Below are positions 46,676 to 55,894 of a stretch of 64,000 nucleotides of DNA, in pieces; the stretch's first letter is position 1, and each line of letters begins with the position of its first letter. The position numbers were made by a program, and so were the translations under genes. The stretch is from Candidatus Lambdaproteobacteria bacterium RIFOXYD2_FULL_50_16 (lineage in GTDB: Bacteria; SAR324; XYD2-FULL-50-16): NCBI GenBank assembly GCA_001783695.1, contig MFNE01000006.1, positions 4,113-68,112 of the forward strand, read 5' to 3'. The notes beneath the pieces were generated by a model. That model saw nothing but the letters and a program-made list of their open reading frames with translations, was not told the DNA's origin and did not search any database.

Positions 46676-48352
46676 ATGAGCCCCCTAAACTCCACCCAAG
46701 CGAAGCGGTTAAGCCTAGTGTTGGGGCTTTCCATGTTGTTTGTGGGGGTGTGTGGGTTGAGTTATGAATACAGCTTTTCCAAGTTAGCCAGTGATGTCCT
46801 GGGCAATGCGACCAAACAGTGGGCTTTGGTGATTGGGGTGATGATGTTGTTTATGGGTCTGGGAGCGGACCTGCAAAAGTACCTTTCTGACCAAAACTTA
46901 GTGGACCGCTTTATTGGCTTAGAGATTTTATTAGGTATTGTGGGTGGTTGGGGAATTACCTTAAGCTGGTACGTTTTTGGCCAGTGGCATGATGCCTTTG
47001 TGTTGGTCCACTATGGCTTAATTGCTCTGGTGGGGTTGTTGATCGGCCTGGAGATTCCTTTATTGACGCGGGTTAACGAGACCTGTTTGCCTAGTTTAAA
47101 GGAAAATCTGGGGATGATCCTGAAGATGGATTACATCGGCAGTTTTCTAGGCGCCTTGATCTGGGTTTACCTGTTAACCAAGTATTTTAATCTTCTAGAG
47201 ATCACCTATCTTTTGGGGTTGATTAATCTAGCGGTAGCCTTGGCAGCGCTTTGGTTTTTTAGGGATTTTGTTAAATATCCCAGACGATTGGCTATGCTTG
47301 GTGGGCTGGCGATGCTGGCTTTGGGGATTGGATTTTGGCAGGGGGAACCCTTGCGGTTGGCCTTGGAGCAGCGGCTGTTTAAAGACCCCATCATATTGGC
47401 CAAAACCACCCCTTACCAGCGGATTTTATTAACCAAAAATCTTCGAGGAGAGCTCGATTGTTATATCAATGGGCATTTGCAGTTCTCTAGTAGAGACGAG
47501 TGGATTTACCATGAATTTTTAGTTCACCCGGCGCTTCGAGCGATAGAAAATCCTAAGCGGGTGTTGGTTTTAGGTGGGGGTGACGGGTTGGCTGTTCGAG
47601 AAATCCTTAAATATCCCAGTATAGAACAAATCGACCTAGTGGACCTTGACCCGGCCATGACGGATCTGGCCCAAACCCAGCCAGACCTGGTTAAGCTCAA
47701 CCAAGGTGCTTTCCAAAACGCCAAAACCAAGCTTTTGGCGTCACAAGGGGTGAGCCCGGGCGAGTCTTATTTACTGGAGCAACAGGGCCAGGGTTTTTTT
47801 CGCAGGCAAAAAAAGTCGGAAGCTGTGGAATTGGCGGTTTACAACCTAGACGCCTTTTTATTCGCCCAGTCGGCCCCTGGGATTTACGATGCGATTATTT
47901 TGGATTTTCCTGATCCGAACGACCTTAACTTGTCTAAACTTTATTCAGTCGAGTTTTACCAGTTGTTAAAAGACAAGCTGGTCCTAGGTGGGGTTCTGGT
48001 GCAGCAAGCAACCAGCCCGGCCTTTGCAAAGGAACCCTTTTTGATTATAGGCAAATCGATGGAACAGGCTGGGTTTTCGACACTCCCGATCCACCATCTG
48101 GTGCCCAGTTTCGGGGACTGGGGATTTTGGTTGGCCGGGCATAGAGAAGCCTTTGGCAATCGTGGCTTGCGAGAACAGGTTTTGACTGAGCGGCCTTTAG
48201 CAGAGGGAGTTCGCTACCTAACCCCCGAATTGATAGGGGCCTCCACCCAGTTTGGACAGAAACAATTAGATTGGACCGACCTGGAACCCAACCATCTTCT
48301 TAAAGATAGCCTTTTTGCTCATTACCGCGAGGCTTGGGAGCGGTTGCAGTAA
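46676..48352 (+). CDS. Membrane-fused spermidine synthase-like aminopropyltransferase
   Basis: ATG 46676. About 7 N-terminal TM helices, then 'VLVLGGGDGLAVREILKYPSIEQIDLVDLDPAM' and 'AIILDFPDP' (SpeE-type SAM-derivative binding fold). Confidence 0.8.
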   Translation: MSPLNSTQAKRLSLVLGLSMLFVGVCGLSYEYSFSKLASDVLGNATKQWALVIGVMMLFMGLGADLQKYLSDQNLVDRFIGLEILLGIVGGWGITLSWYVFGQWHDAFVLVHYGLIALVGLLIGLEIPLLTRVNETCLPSLKENLGMILKMDYIGSFLGALIWVYLLTKYFNLLEITYLLGLINLAVALAALWFFRDFVKYPRRLAMLGGLAMLALGIGFWQGEPLRLALEQRLFKDPIILAKTTPYQRILLTKNLRGELDCYINGHLQFSSRDEWIYHEFLVHPALRAIENPKRVLVLGGGDGLAVREILKYPSIEQIDLVDLDPAMTDLAQTQPDLVKLNQGAFQNAKTKLLASQGVSPGESYLLEQQGQGFFRRQKKSEAVELAVYNLDAFLFAQSAPGIYDAIILDFPDPNDLNLSKLYSVEFYQLLKDKLVLGGVLVQQATSPAFAKEPFLIIGKSMEQAGFSTLPIHHLVPSFGDWGFWLAGHREAFGNRGLREQVLTERPLAEGVRYLTPELIGASTQFGQKQLDWTDLEPNHLLKDSLFAHYREAWERLQ

Positions 48353-48353
48353 A

Positions 48354-50387
48354 CTAGAAAAGCTCGACCTGTGAATCTCCTTTAATCCGCATCAATTTAA
48401 CCTCTTTTTGCAGCTCCCCAGTTTGGCTGGTGGTGACCTTGCCCGATAACACTGGGAAGCCTTTAAGCCGGGCTAAAGCGTTGCGCAAAGCTTCGCGGTT
48501 ATGGGTTGCTGGGTCTTTAAGTAAACCACTTAAAATCTCAAGGGATTCATAGCCAAAAATCCCATATGAACTGGGTGGGGCGTAACGGCTGCGGTAGTTA
48601 AACTCGCGCCAATGCGCTTCAAATAAAGTTTGCAAATAAAGCCCTCCTTCCGAGTAGGAGTCCGCAAAAATCAGGCGGTTGTTACCCTCGATTAACTGAC
48701 TTTGGACCTGATTGAGTTCGTGCCCGGCCAAAAAATAGACTCGATCCGCCTCGTATAAATTGGCAAACTGCTTGAGAATATTAAGGGTAAAGGGGTCCAC
48801 CGGGGCGAAGATGGCATCAAAATCGATCTCTGGGGCAAGCCGGTCCCGAGCGGCTTCCATCTCTTCGCGTTCTTTTTGGCTAACCGGCTCAAAGCCCCCG
48901 GTAATACTTAAAAAGTCCTCTTGAAAGTCCACTTGGTGGCGGTCGATGGGCCTGACCCCCACCACTTGCCCTCCTCGTTTTTCAATTTCATCTACAAAGA
49001 CAGAGACCCGCGCAAAACCGGCCTTGTCTGGGGAATAAAAAACCACATATCGGCGGGCGCCTAAATAGTCGTAACTATAACGCGCCAAGGCCTGGGACTC
49101 ATGTAATTGGTCACGTTGGAAACGGAATAAAAAGGGCAAGGTTTCGCCCAAACCCTCGGTTAAGGACAAGGAAATTACCGGGATTTTAAAGGGCGAGGCG
49201 GCCTCACCCGCGGCAAGCGAGGTTTCTTTGGCCAGCGGGCCTATGATAGCGATTACTTGGTCTTCGTTTACCAATTGGCGGACCAGATCACCGATCAAGT
49301 CACGGCGGCCCTGGCCTGCCTGCTTGTTGCCAGAAGCGTCTAGGGCTGAATCCTTGATCACTAATTCAAGTGGAAAATCGGGGCGACTTAATCGACTTAC
49401 CGCGATTTCTAACCCATCTAAAGTTTGCTGGGCCAAGGCTTTAAAACGGGGGTGGGACAGGGGCAGAATCACCCCAATTTTATAGGGTTTGGCTTGGCGG
49501 GCCGACTCTATATACCCACCTAAGCCCACCAATTCGGTTTTGTCTTCCTTTTCGACCATCCCTTTGTTTTGGAGATCATCAAGCAGGGCTTGGGCCTCGT
49601 CGAAGTGCTGGGCCAGGACCAAAAGTTCTACCTTGCGCAGATAAAGGCGAGAAACTAGTTTGGTTTCTGCTTGAAAACGGGTCAACAGGGGGTCTAAATC
49701 TTCTAGGTGTTCTAGCGCGGAAATAATCGAGACACTCCACCGCTGGTAGCCCTCGATCAGTCTGCCTGGAGGCACTTCCAGGTATCCAAAAGCCTCTTTT
49801 ATTTTGCCTAAGGCCAAGGCGTCGTTTACTAATAAATCGCGGAGTTCTTGGGCTTCTGCCTCGCCTAAAGCCGAAATTAGGTTGAGGTCAACTAACTCGG
49901 TGTGGGGCAGAGGTTGGCTTTGGGCATTTAGAGCTTTGGCCCAAAAAAAATAAACCCTTGGCCAGTGTTTCCCTTGGGGAAATTGGGCTTGATAACTTTG
50001 CCCCCACTGGCTGGCCAAGGCCCATTTGCGCTGGCTTGAGTAAAGCTCCACCGCCAGAGCGGTGTACCATTCTTTTAAATCTGCTGGGGCGTCACTTGGG
50101 TTAGGAAGGGATTCTAATAACGAAAGCGCCAAGCGGGTTTGGCCAAGCGCGGTTTTTTCGGCAATGAGCTTAAAGCTCGATTCCTCAAACGCGAGCTTGT
50201 TAAGCAGAGGATGGCCCGTTTTGGACGCGCTGTTGGGTTCTGCCACAAAACGTTCTGGGTTTCCTAATATTCGCAGCCGCTCCTCTGTATTCTGTTGGGC
50301 AGGCTTGGGAGGGTAGCTAAGCAGGCTTTGGGCTAAGGCCCCGCTTGCCATTGATAAACCCAAAATAAGGAGTAAAAGCGATTTCAT
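48354..50387 (-). CDS. Periplasmic TPR + type-1 periplasmic-binding-fold protein (LppC/LpoA-like architecture)
   Basis: 677 aa. Signal peptide 'ASGALAQS' with no lipobox. Helical-repeat N-terminal half, then a C-terminal half with a Leu/Ile/Val-binding-protein-like pattern ('KIGVILPLS', 'VIAIIGPL'). Confidence 0.5.
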   Translation of the reverse strand: MKSLLLLILGLSMASGALAQSLLSYPPKPAQQNTEERLRILGNPERFVAEPNSASKTGHPLLNKLAFEESSFKLIAEKTALGQTRLALSLLESLPNPSDAPADLKEWYTALAVELYSSQRKWALASQWGQSYQAQFPQGKHWPRVYFFWAKALNAQSQPLPHTELVDLNLISALGEAEAQELRDLLVNDALALGKIKEAFGYLEVPPGRLIEGYQRWSVSIISALEHLEDLDPLLTRFQAETKLVSRLYLRKVELLVLAQHFDEAQALLDDLQNKGMVEKEDKTELVGLGGYIESARQAKPYKIGVILPLSHPRFKALAQQTLDGLEIAVSRLSRPDFPLELVIKDSALDASGNKQAGQGRRDLIGDLVRQLVNEDQVIAIIGPLAKETSLAAGEAASPFKIPVISLSLTEGLGETLPFLFRFQRDQLHESQALARYSYDYLGARRYVVFYSPDKAGFARVSVFVDEIEKRGGQVVGVRPIDRHQVDFQEDFLSITGGFEPVSQKEREEMEAARDRLAPEIDFDAIFAPVDPFTLNILKQFANLYEADRVYFLAGHELNQVQSQLIEGNNRLIFADSYSEGGLYLQTLFEAHWREFNYRSRYAPPSSYGIFGYESLEILSGLLKDPATHNREALRNALARLKGFPVLSGKVTTSQTGELQKEVKLMRIKGDSQVELF

Positions 50388-51328
50388 CGGTAGCGAATCT
50401 TGGCCCTGGTGCGCAATGCGTCCATATACTCAAACAGTTTTTGCTGGTAAACATTTTGATATTCCTGATTAAATATCTGACCTTTGACTTTTTCATAGGG
50501 AATGGTCGCCCGTTTTTCCGTGGCCAAGACCTCAATCAAATGAAAACCAAAACGACTGCGAACTGGCGGGGAGAGTTGCTTGGGTTTTAAAGCAAAAGCG
50601 GCCTTGGTAAAGCTAGGGTCCATATCGGCTTCCCCAAAAAAACCCAAGTCCCCGCCGTTTTGCTTAGCCGTAGGGTCTTCACTTTCGGTTTTGGCCAATC
50701 TCGCAAAATCGGCGCCACTTGCTAGTTTTTTAGCTAGGGCGGCGATTTTATCAGAGGCCTTTTTGACTGCCTCATCGGAAGCATCCGGCTTTACTAAAAC
50801 TAAAATATGCCGCGCGTGGACCATGGTATTGGTCTGGCTATTTTCTAAATGTTTGGCTTTAAGCTCTTCTTCGTTGATCGAGATTTGGCTTTTTACCTCG
50901 TGTTGAATCAAGGCTTCGCGGGCTTTGGACAAATAGACGGTGCGCCGAAAGTCGGCCAGGGTCATTTGTTGTTGCTCTAAAGCCTCCTCAAAGCCTCGCT
51001 CGCTAATCCCGCGCTGTCCGCGATATTGCTCAATCGCGTTGTCGATCTGTTCTTCAGAAACCTCAATGCCGAGTTCTTTGGCGCGGTAATTTAGCAAGGC
51101 CTCGTCAATTAAGCCTTCGATCACTTGGCCCTTGATTCGTTCGTAAGCCAAAGGGTCAGTCAGGCTGACCCCTTCAGATTGGAGCGCTTGTTGGGTGCGG
51201 AGTTCCACCTCTTTTTCGGTGATAACCTGGTCAAAAACCTGGATCTTGATTTTATCGTAGGGCTGGGCTAGCAGCGGGCTGTAACCTAATAAAATGAATA
51301 GTAACAGGCTAAGCAGTAAACGGCGCAT
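50384..51328 (-). CDS. SurA/PpiD-like periplasmic chaperone with parvulin PPIase domain
   Basis: 314 aa. Signal peptide 'SPLLAQ'. Parvulin motifs 'HARHILV', 'GGDLGFF', 'RSRFGFHLIEV'. Confidence 0.8.
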   Translation of the reverse strand: MRRLLLSLLLFILLGYSPLLAQPYDKIKIQVFDQVITEKEVELRTQQALQSEGVSLTDPLAYERIKGQVIEGLIDEALLNYRAKELGIEVSEEQIDNAIEQYRGQRGISERGFEEALEQQQMTLADFRRTVYLSKAREALIQHEVKSQISINEEELKAKHLENSQTNTMVHARHILVLVKPDASDEAVKKASDKIAALAKKLASGADFARLAKTESEDPTAKQNGGDLGFFGEADMDPSFTKAAFALKPKQLSPPVRSRFGFHLIEVLATEKRATIPYEKVKGQIFNQEYQNVYQQKLFEYMDALRTRAKIRYR

Positions 51329-52106
51329 GACCCTCCTGGTTGGACGCTAATTGCTTGAGCCACAAGCTACGTACTTTGGTCAGGTTTTGGTTGCTAAACT
51401 TTCCCAAGGTGACCGATTTAAAGAGCCGACCGTTGATTTGGTAATCAATCCGGCGAGGCAGGCTTTTAGATTGGGGGTGTTGGCCAATAAAGTGGACACT
51501 AAGAATAAAATCTCGTCCATCAATCGAAACCAAGCGGTTAATCGCGATAATCTTATAAGTCATCGGATCAATCAAGAGGTTTTCCTTGAGGCCTCCTAGG
51601 CGGTATAACATTCGCTCGCCCTGGCGCTCAATTGCTACCTCGGTGGGAGCCAGCCCTAAGCGGTTTAAGCGGGATTTGAAGGCCGCCGTGTTTTTTGTGA
51701 CCGCTAAGGCCCCAAGGAAGTCTAAGTCCTGGCGGGCAAAGGGTCTTTTGGGGTCTAGGCTTTTCTCTTGTTGCCCCCCGTTTTGCTCAATGCTAAGGTG
51801 CAGAAGACGCCCCTTCAAATCTAGGGTTTTAATCCCGATAAATTCATCGCGGATAAAGAGCACCTCTTGTTTGAAGGAACGTTGGGGTAGCTCGCTAGCT
51901 AGATTGCTGCTGCCGAGTGGGGATTCTAAGGAGGCCAGCGCTTCGGGGTCGTAAACCCGGTTGGTCAGTTCGACTTGGAACTGTTTGACGTTATCATACT
52001 GGCCCAACACCAGACCCATCAGCCCTTCAGGGCCGATTAGTTTGGCTTGAGCCAAAGTCGCCACGAGGGCGAATAGGGCGGCAAGGAGAGCGGTTTTAGC
52101 TTTCAT
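51309..52106 (-). CDS. Hypothetical periplasmic protein
   Basis: ATG 52106 gives MKAKTALLAALFALVATLAQA, a signal peptide. No family recognised. First gene of the envelope operon. Confidence 0.5.
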   Translation of the reverse strand: MKAKTALLAALFALVATLAQAKLIGPEGLMGLVLGQYDNVKQFQVELTNRVYDPEALASLESPLGSSNLASELPQRSFKQEVLFIRDEFIGIKTLDLKGRLLHLSIEQNGGQQEKSLDPKRPFARQDLDFLGALAVTKNTAAFKSRLNRLGLAPTEVAIERQGERMLYRLGGLKENLLIDPMTYKIIAINRLVSIDGRDFILSVHFIGQHPQSKSLPRRIDYQINGRLFKSVTLGKFSNQNLTKVRSLWLKQLASNQEGHAPFTA

Positions 52107-52152
52107 GTTGACCAATAAACGACAAGGACCGTTGTAGCTTTAAGCCAAAAAA

Positions 52153-55100
52153 ATGTCTTCGAAATTCGTACACCTGCACTTTCACACCCACTATTCGTTA
52201 TTAGACGGGGCGATCAAAATTAAGCCTTTGCCTAAGCGGCTCAAAGAGCTGGGTTTTGATGCCTGCGCGATCACGGATCACGGAAACCTGCACGGGGCCA
52301 TCGAGTTTCATCATGCCCTCAAAAAAGAGGGCCTCAAGCCTATTATTGGCATGGAGGCCTATGTGGCCAAGGGCAATCGCTTTGAGCGCAAATACGCCAA
52401 AGCTGGGCCCAATGCCTTTCACGCCGTGCTTCTGGCGATGGACAAACAAGGCTATCTGAACTTAGGCAAGTTGGCCAGCCTGGGCTTTAGCGAAGGGAAG
52501 TTCTACGGCAAGCCCCGGATAGACCGTGACGCCATGGAGGAGTTAAACCAGGGGCTGATTTGCTTGAGCGCCTGTTTGGGAGGGGAGCTTTCGAACCGGT
52601 TTTTAGCGGGCGAAAATGCTGCGGCTTACGATGCTGCCCGGTGGTATAAAGAGGTCTTTAAAGACCGATATTATGTAGAACTGCAATCCATCGGCCTTGG
52701 CGACCAAGAACGGGTCAACCCCAAGTTGATCCAACTAGCCCAAGACCTAGATCTACCGTTAGTGGGTACCAACGATTGCCACTACCTTTCCCAAGATCAA
52801 GCAGAGGCGCACCGCATCTTGCAATTAATGGGCTGGCAACGAAAGGTCACCGACCCTGGTATCAGCGGCCAGCCAGAAACAGATCAGATATTTCTTAAAA
52901 GCCCAGAAGAAATGGCAGAGGCCTTTAGGAATCTGCCGCAAGAGGCCTTACTTAATACCGCTAAGATTGCCGAACAGTGTGACATAGACCTCTTTAACAA
53001 AAAATATTACCTCCCCGACTATCCCTTAGAGCGCACGGATAGCCTTGAAAAGGAAATGGAACTCCTAGCCTTTGAAGGCTTAGAGAAGCGCTTTAAACCC
53101 ATGGCGAAGTTGTATCATTGGGACGAGGCCGATCTGGCCCAAAAACGGGGGGAGTATGAAGACCGGCTGCGTTTTGAGATTAAAGTAATTAACGAAATGG
53201 GTTTTCCTGGTTATTTCTTGATTGTAGCCGATTTTATCAACTGGGCCAAAGAAAATGACATCCCTGTAGGTCCGGGCCGGGGTTCGGGGGCGGGAAGCTT
53301 GGTGGCCTACGCCTTGCGAATTACGGACATTGACCCGATTTATTACGACCTGCTGTTTGAGCGTTTCCTCAATCCCGAACGGATATCCTTGCCTGACTTC
53401 GATATCGATTTTGAGGTCGAGGGCCGCGAACGGGTGATCGACTATGTTCGGCAGAAATACGGCGACAAAAAGGTCTGCCAGATCTCGGCGATTGGCTCAC
53501 TCCTGGCCAAAGGGGCGTTGCGGGGGGTGGCGCGGGTGCTGGATATCCCTTACGCCGAAGCCGACAAAATCGCCAAGTTGATCCCCGACGAATTAGGGAT
53601 TACCCTCCGCGACGCGCTGGAGCGCGAACCTGAGTTACGCCGTCTGGCCGACGAAGGGACTGAAACCGAAAAGAAGTTGATCAAGTTATCCTTAGATCTA
53701 GAGGGACTTAACAACAACCTTTCGACCCACGCGGCAGGGGTGATAATCATGAATTCGGATATTACCGACGTCATGCCCACCTGCACCCCTACCAAGGGCG
53801 ATGGGTTGCAGTCGATGTATTCGATGAAATATGCAGAAGACCAAGGGGCGGTGAAGTTTGACTTCTTGGGTTTGCGCAACTTAACCGTGATTGACCGCGC
53901 CGTAAAGCTAATCAACCTGCACCGACCCAAGGACGACCAGCTCGATATCAGCTTGATCGAGATGGCGGACCAACCCACCTTTAAGCTCCTCTCCAAAGGG
54001 GACACAACCGGCGTCTTCCAACTGGAATCGGGTGGCATGAAGGAGTTGATTAAAAAACTCAAGCCTAGTGTTTTCGCTGAAATCATCGCTCTAGTCGCCC
54101 TGTACCGCCCTGGCCCATTGGGTTCGGGGATGGTTGATAGTTTTGTCGAATGCAAACATGGCCGCCAAGCGGTTAAATACCCGCACCCACTCTTAGCCGA
54201 GACCCTGCGTGAAACCTATGGGGTCATGGTTTACCAAGAGCAGGTTATGCGGGTGGTTCAGGTTTTAGGCGGGTTTAGCTTAGGACAGGCGGACATGTTG
54301 CGCCGAGCGATTGGTAAAAAGATCCCTGAAGTATTGGTCGAACAACGCCAATTATTTTCAGAGGGCTGTCTGGCCAACCCGAAGTTTATCGAAGGTTGCG
54401 CCAAAGAAGACCCAGCCAAAAAGGCGGGCGAGATTTTTGACTTGATTGATTATTTTGCAGGCTACGGCTTTAACAAGTCCCATTCGGCGGCCTATGCCAT
54501 GGTTAGCTACCAAACCGCTTGGCTCAAGGCTAATCACAAGGTCGAGTTTATGGCCGCCTTGATGACCGCCGATATTAACAAGCCAGAATCGATTGTTAAG
54601 CTGGTTTCCGAATGCCGGGAGATGAACATTGAGGTATTGCCGCCAGATATAAACGAGTCTGAACTGATCTTTGCTGTGGTCGAGGGCCGGATTCGTTTTG
54701 GGCTTAATGCCATTAAAAACGTGGGCAGTTCGGCGCTTGAATCCATTTTGGATGCGCGAGCTAAAAAAACTAAGTTTAAGGACCTAGCTGAGGTTTTTAG
54801 TAATATCGATAGTTCCAAGGTTAACAGCCGGGTGATGGAAGCCTTGGTCAAATCTGGGGTGTTTGATTCGTTAGAGCCTAACCGCCGCAAACTTTTTGAA
54901 CAGATCGACGCCTGTTTAGCGGTGGCGGCCTCCGAAAAATCGCTTAATATTGAGGATCAAACCAGCCTCTTTGACCTTTTAGCACCTCAAGAGGCGGATA
55001 AGTGCAAGGCGCGGCTCGATCTAAAGGAAATGCCTGACTGGAAAACCAAGCAAAAACTCAAGTTTGAACACGAGGCCTTAGGCTTTTATATCTCAGGGCA

Positions 55101-55716
55101 CCCCTTAGACCCCTATATCGAGGAAATCGAGTCCCAAGGTGGTCTGACCCGTAGTTCGGATTTGCGGGAGATGGAAGCCCCAACCAAAGGCCGGACCAGC
55201 CTTAAAATGACTGGAGTGGTGCAGTCTAAGTTAATCAAACTGACCAAAAAAAATAATGAGAAAATGGCGGTTTTAATCTTAGAGGACCTTTGGGGCAGTT
55301 TTGAAACGGTGATCTTCCCGAACCTTTACCCAGAGGTTGAACCCCTATTGGATTCAGACGAACCCCTTTTGATTGAGGGCCGCTGGAATCCAGGGGGCGG
55401 ATTGGCGGCAGAACAGATTTATAACCTGGCCAGGATGCGCGAAGAAATGGCCTATTTGATGGTGTTATCCATCCCCGCTGAAAGCAACTCAGCCGATTTA
55501 GAGCGGTTAAAAGGAGCCCTAAGCTCCTCGCCTGGGAGTTGCAAGGTCAAGGCGCTGGTGACTACCAATGAAGGCTGCCGGGTTCGTCTCGACTTGGGCC
55601 AAAGGATCAAGCCAGACGAGCCCTTTGTAGAGCGGCTGACCGAGTCTTTGCCTGGACTGGGTATTCGGTTTTATTTTCCTAAATTAAACCGCGAAGTCGC
55701 CCAGAAAAGCTCCTAA
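52153..55716 (+). CDS. dnaE: DNA polymerase III alpha subunit
   Basis: 1187 aa. PHP domain 'FVHLHFHTHYSLLDGA', 'GPGRGSGAGSLVAY', 'PDFDIDF', 'FNKSHSAAYA'. Confidence 0.97.
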   Translation: MSSKFVHLHFHTHYSLLDGAIKIKPLPKRLKELGFDACAITDHGNLHGAIEFHHALKKEGLKPIIGMEAYVAKGNRFERKYAKAGPNAFHAVLLAMDKQGYLNLGKLASLGFSEGKFYGKPRIDRDAMEELNQGLICLSACLGGELSNRFLAGENAAAYDAARWYKEVFKDRYYVELQSIGLGDQERVNPKLIQLAQDLDLPLVGTNDCHYLSQDQAEAHRILQLMGWQRKVTDPGISGQPETDQIFLKSPEEMAEAFRNLPQEALLNTAKIAEQCDIDLFNKKYYLPDYPLERTDSLEKEMELLAFEGLEKRFKPMAKLYHWDEADLAQKRGEYEDRLRFEIKVINEMGFPGYFLIVADFINWAKENDIPVGPGRGSGAGSLVAYALRITDIDPIYYDLLFERFLNPERISLPDFDIDFEVEGRERVIDYVRQKYGDKKVCQISAIGSLLAKGALRGVARVLDIPYAEADKIAKLIPDELGITLRDALEREPELRRLADEGTETEKKLIKLSLDLEGLNNNLSTHAAGVIIMNSDITDVMPTCTPTKGDGLQSMYSMKYAEDQGAVKFDFLGLRNLTVIDRAVKLINLHRPKDDQLDISLIEMADQPTFKLLSKGDTTGVFQLESGGMKELIKKLKPSVFAEIIALVALYRPGPLGSGMVDSFVECKHGRQAVKYPHPLLAETLRETYGVMVYQEQVMRVVQVLGGFSLGQADMLRRAIGKKIPEVLVEQRQLFSEGCLANPKFIEGCAKEDPAKKAGEIFDLIDYFAGYGFNKSHSAAYAMVSYQTAWLKANHKVEFMAALMTADINKPESIVKLVSECREMNIEVLPPDINESELIFAVVEGRIRFGLNAIKNVGSSALESILDARAKKTKFKDLAEVFSNIDSSKVNSRVMEALVKSGVFDSLEPNRRKLFEQIDACLAVAASEKSLNIEDQTSLFDLLAPQEADKCKARLDLKEMPDWKTKQKLKFEHEALGFYISGHPLDPYIEEIESQGGLTRSSDLREMEAPTKGRTSLKMTGVVQSKLIKLTKKNNEKMAVLILEDLWGSFETVIFPNLYPEVEPLLDSDEPLLIEGRWNPGGGLAAEQIYNLARMREEMAYLMVLSIPAESNSADLERLKGALSSSPGSCKVKALVTTNEGCRVRLDLGQRIKPDEPFVERLTESLPGLGIRFYFPKLNREVAQKSS

Positions 55717-55894
55717 AACAGGGTCAACTTTGAAGTTTAGCCAAGGGAGTTGAGTTTTTATCTAACCTAGGTTAAACTCCGCTTTCTGGAATTAAATCCG
55801 AGGTTAGGGCCCACTCACTTTGGCTAATCGCCTTTCGGCCCGAACCTTCGTACCCTTACAGTGGGCCTTGATTAGTGGCCCTTTGGAACTGACA

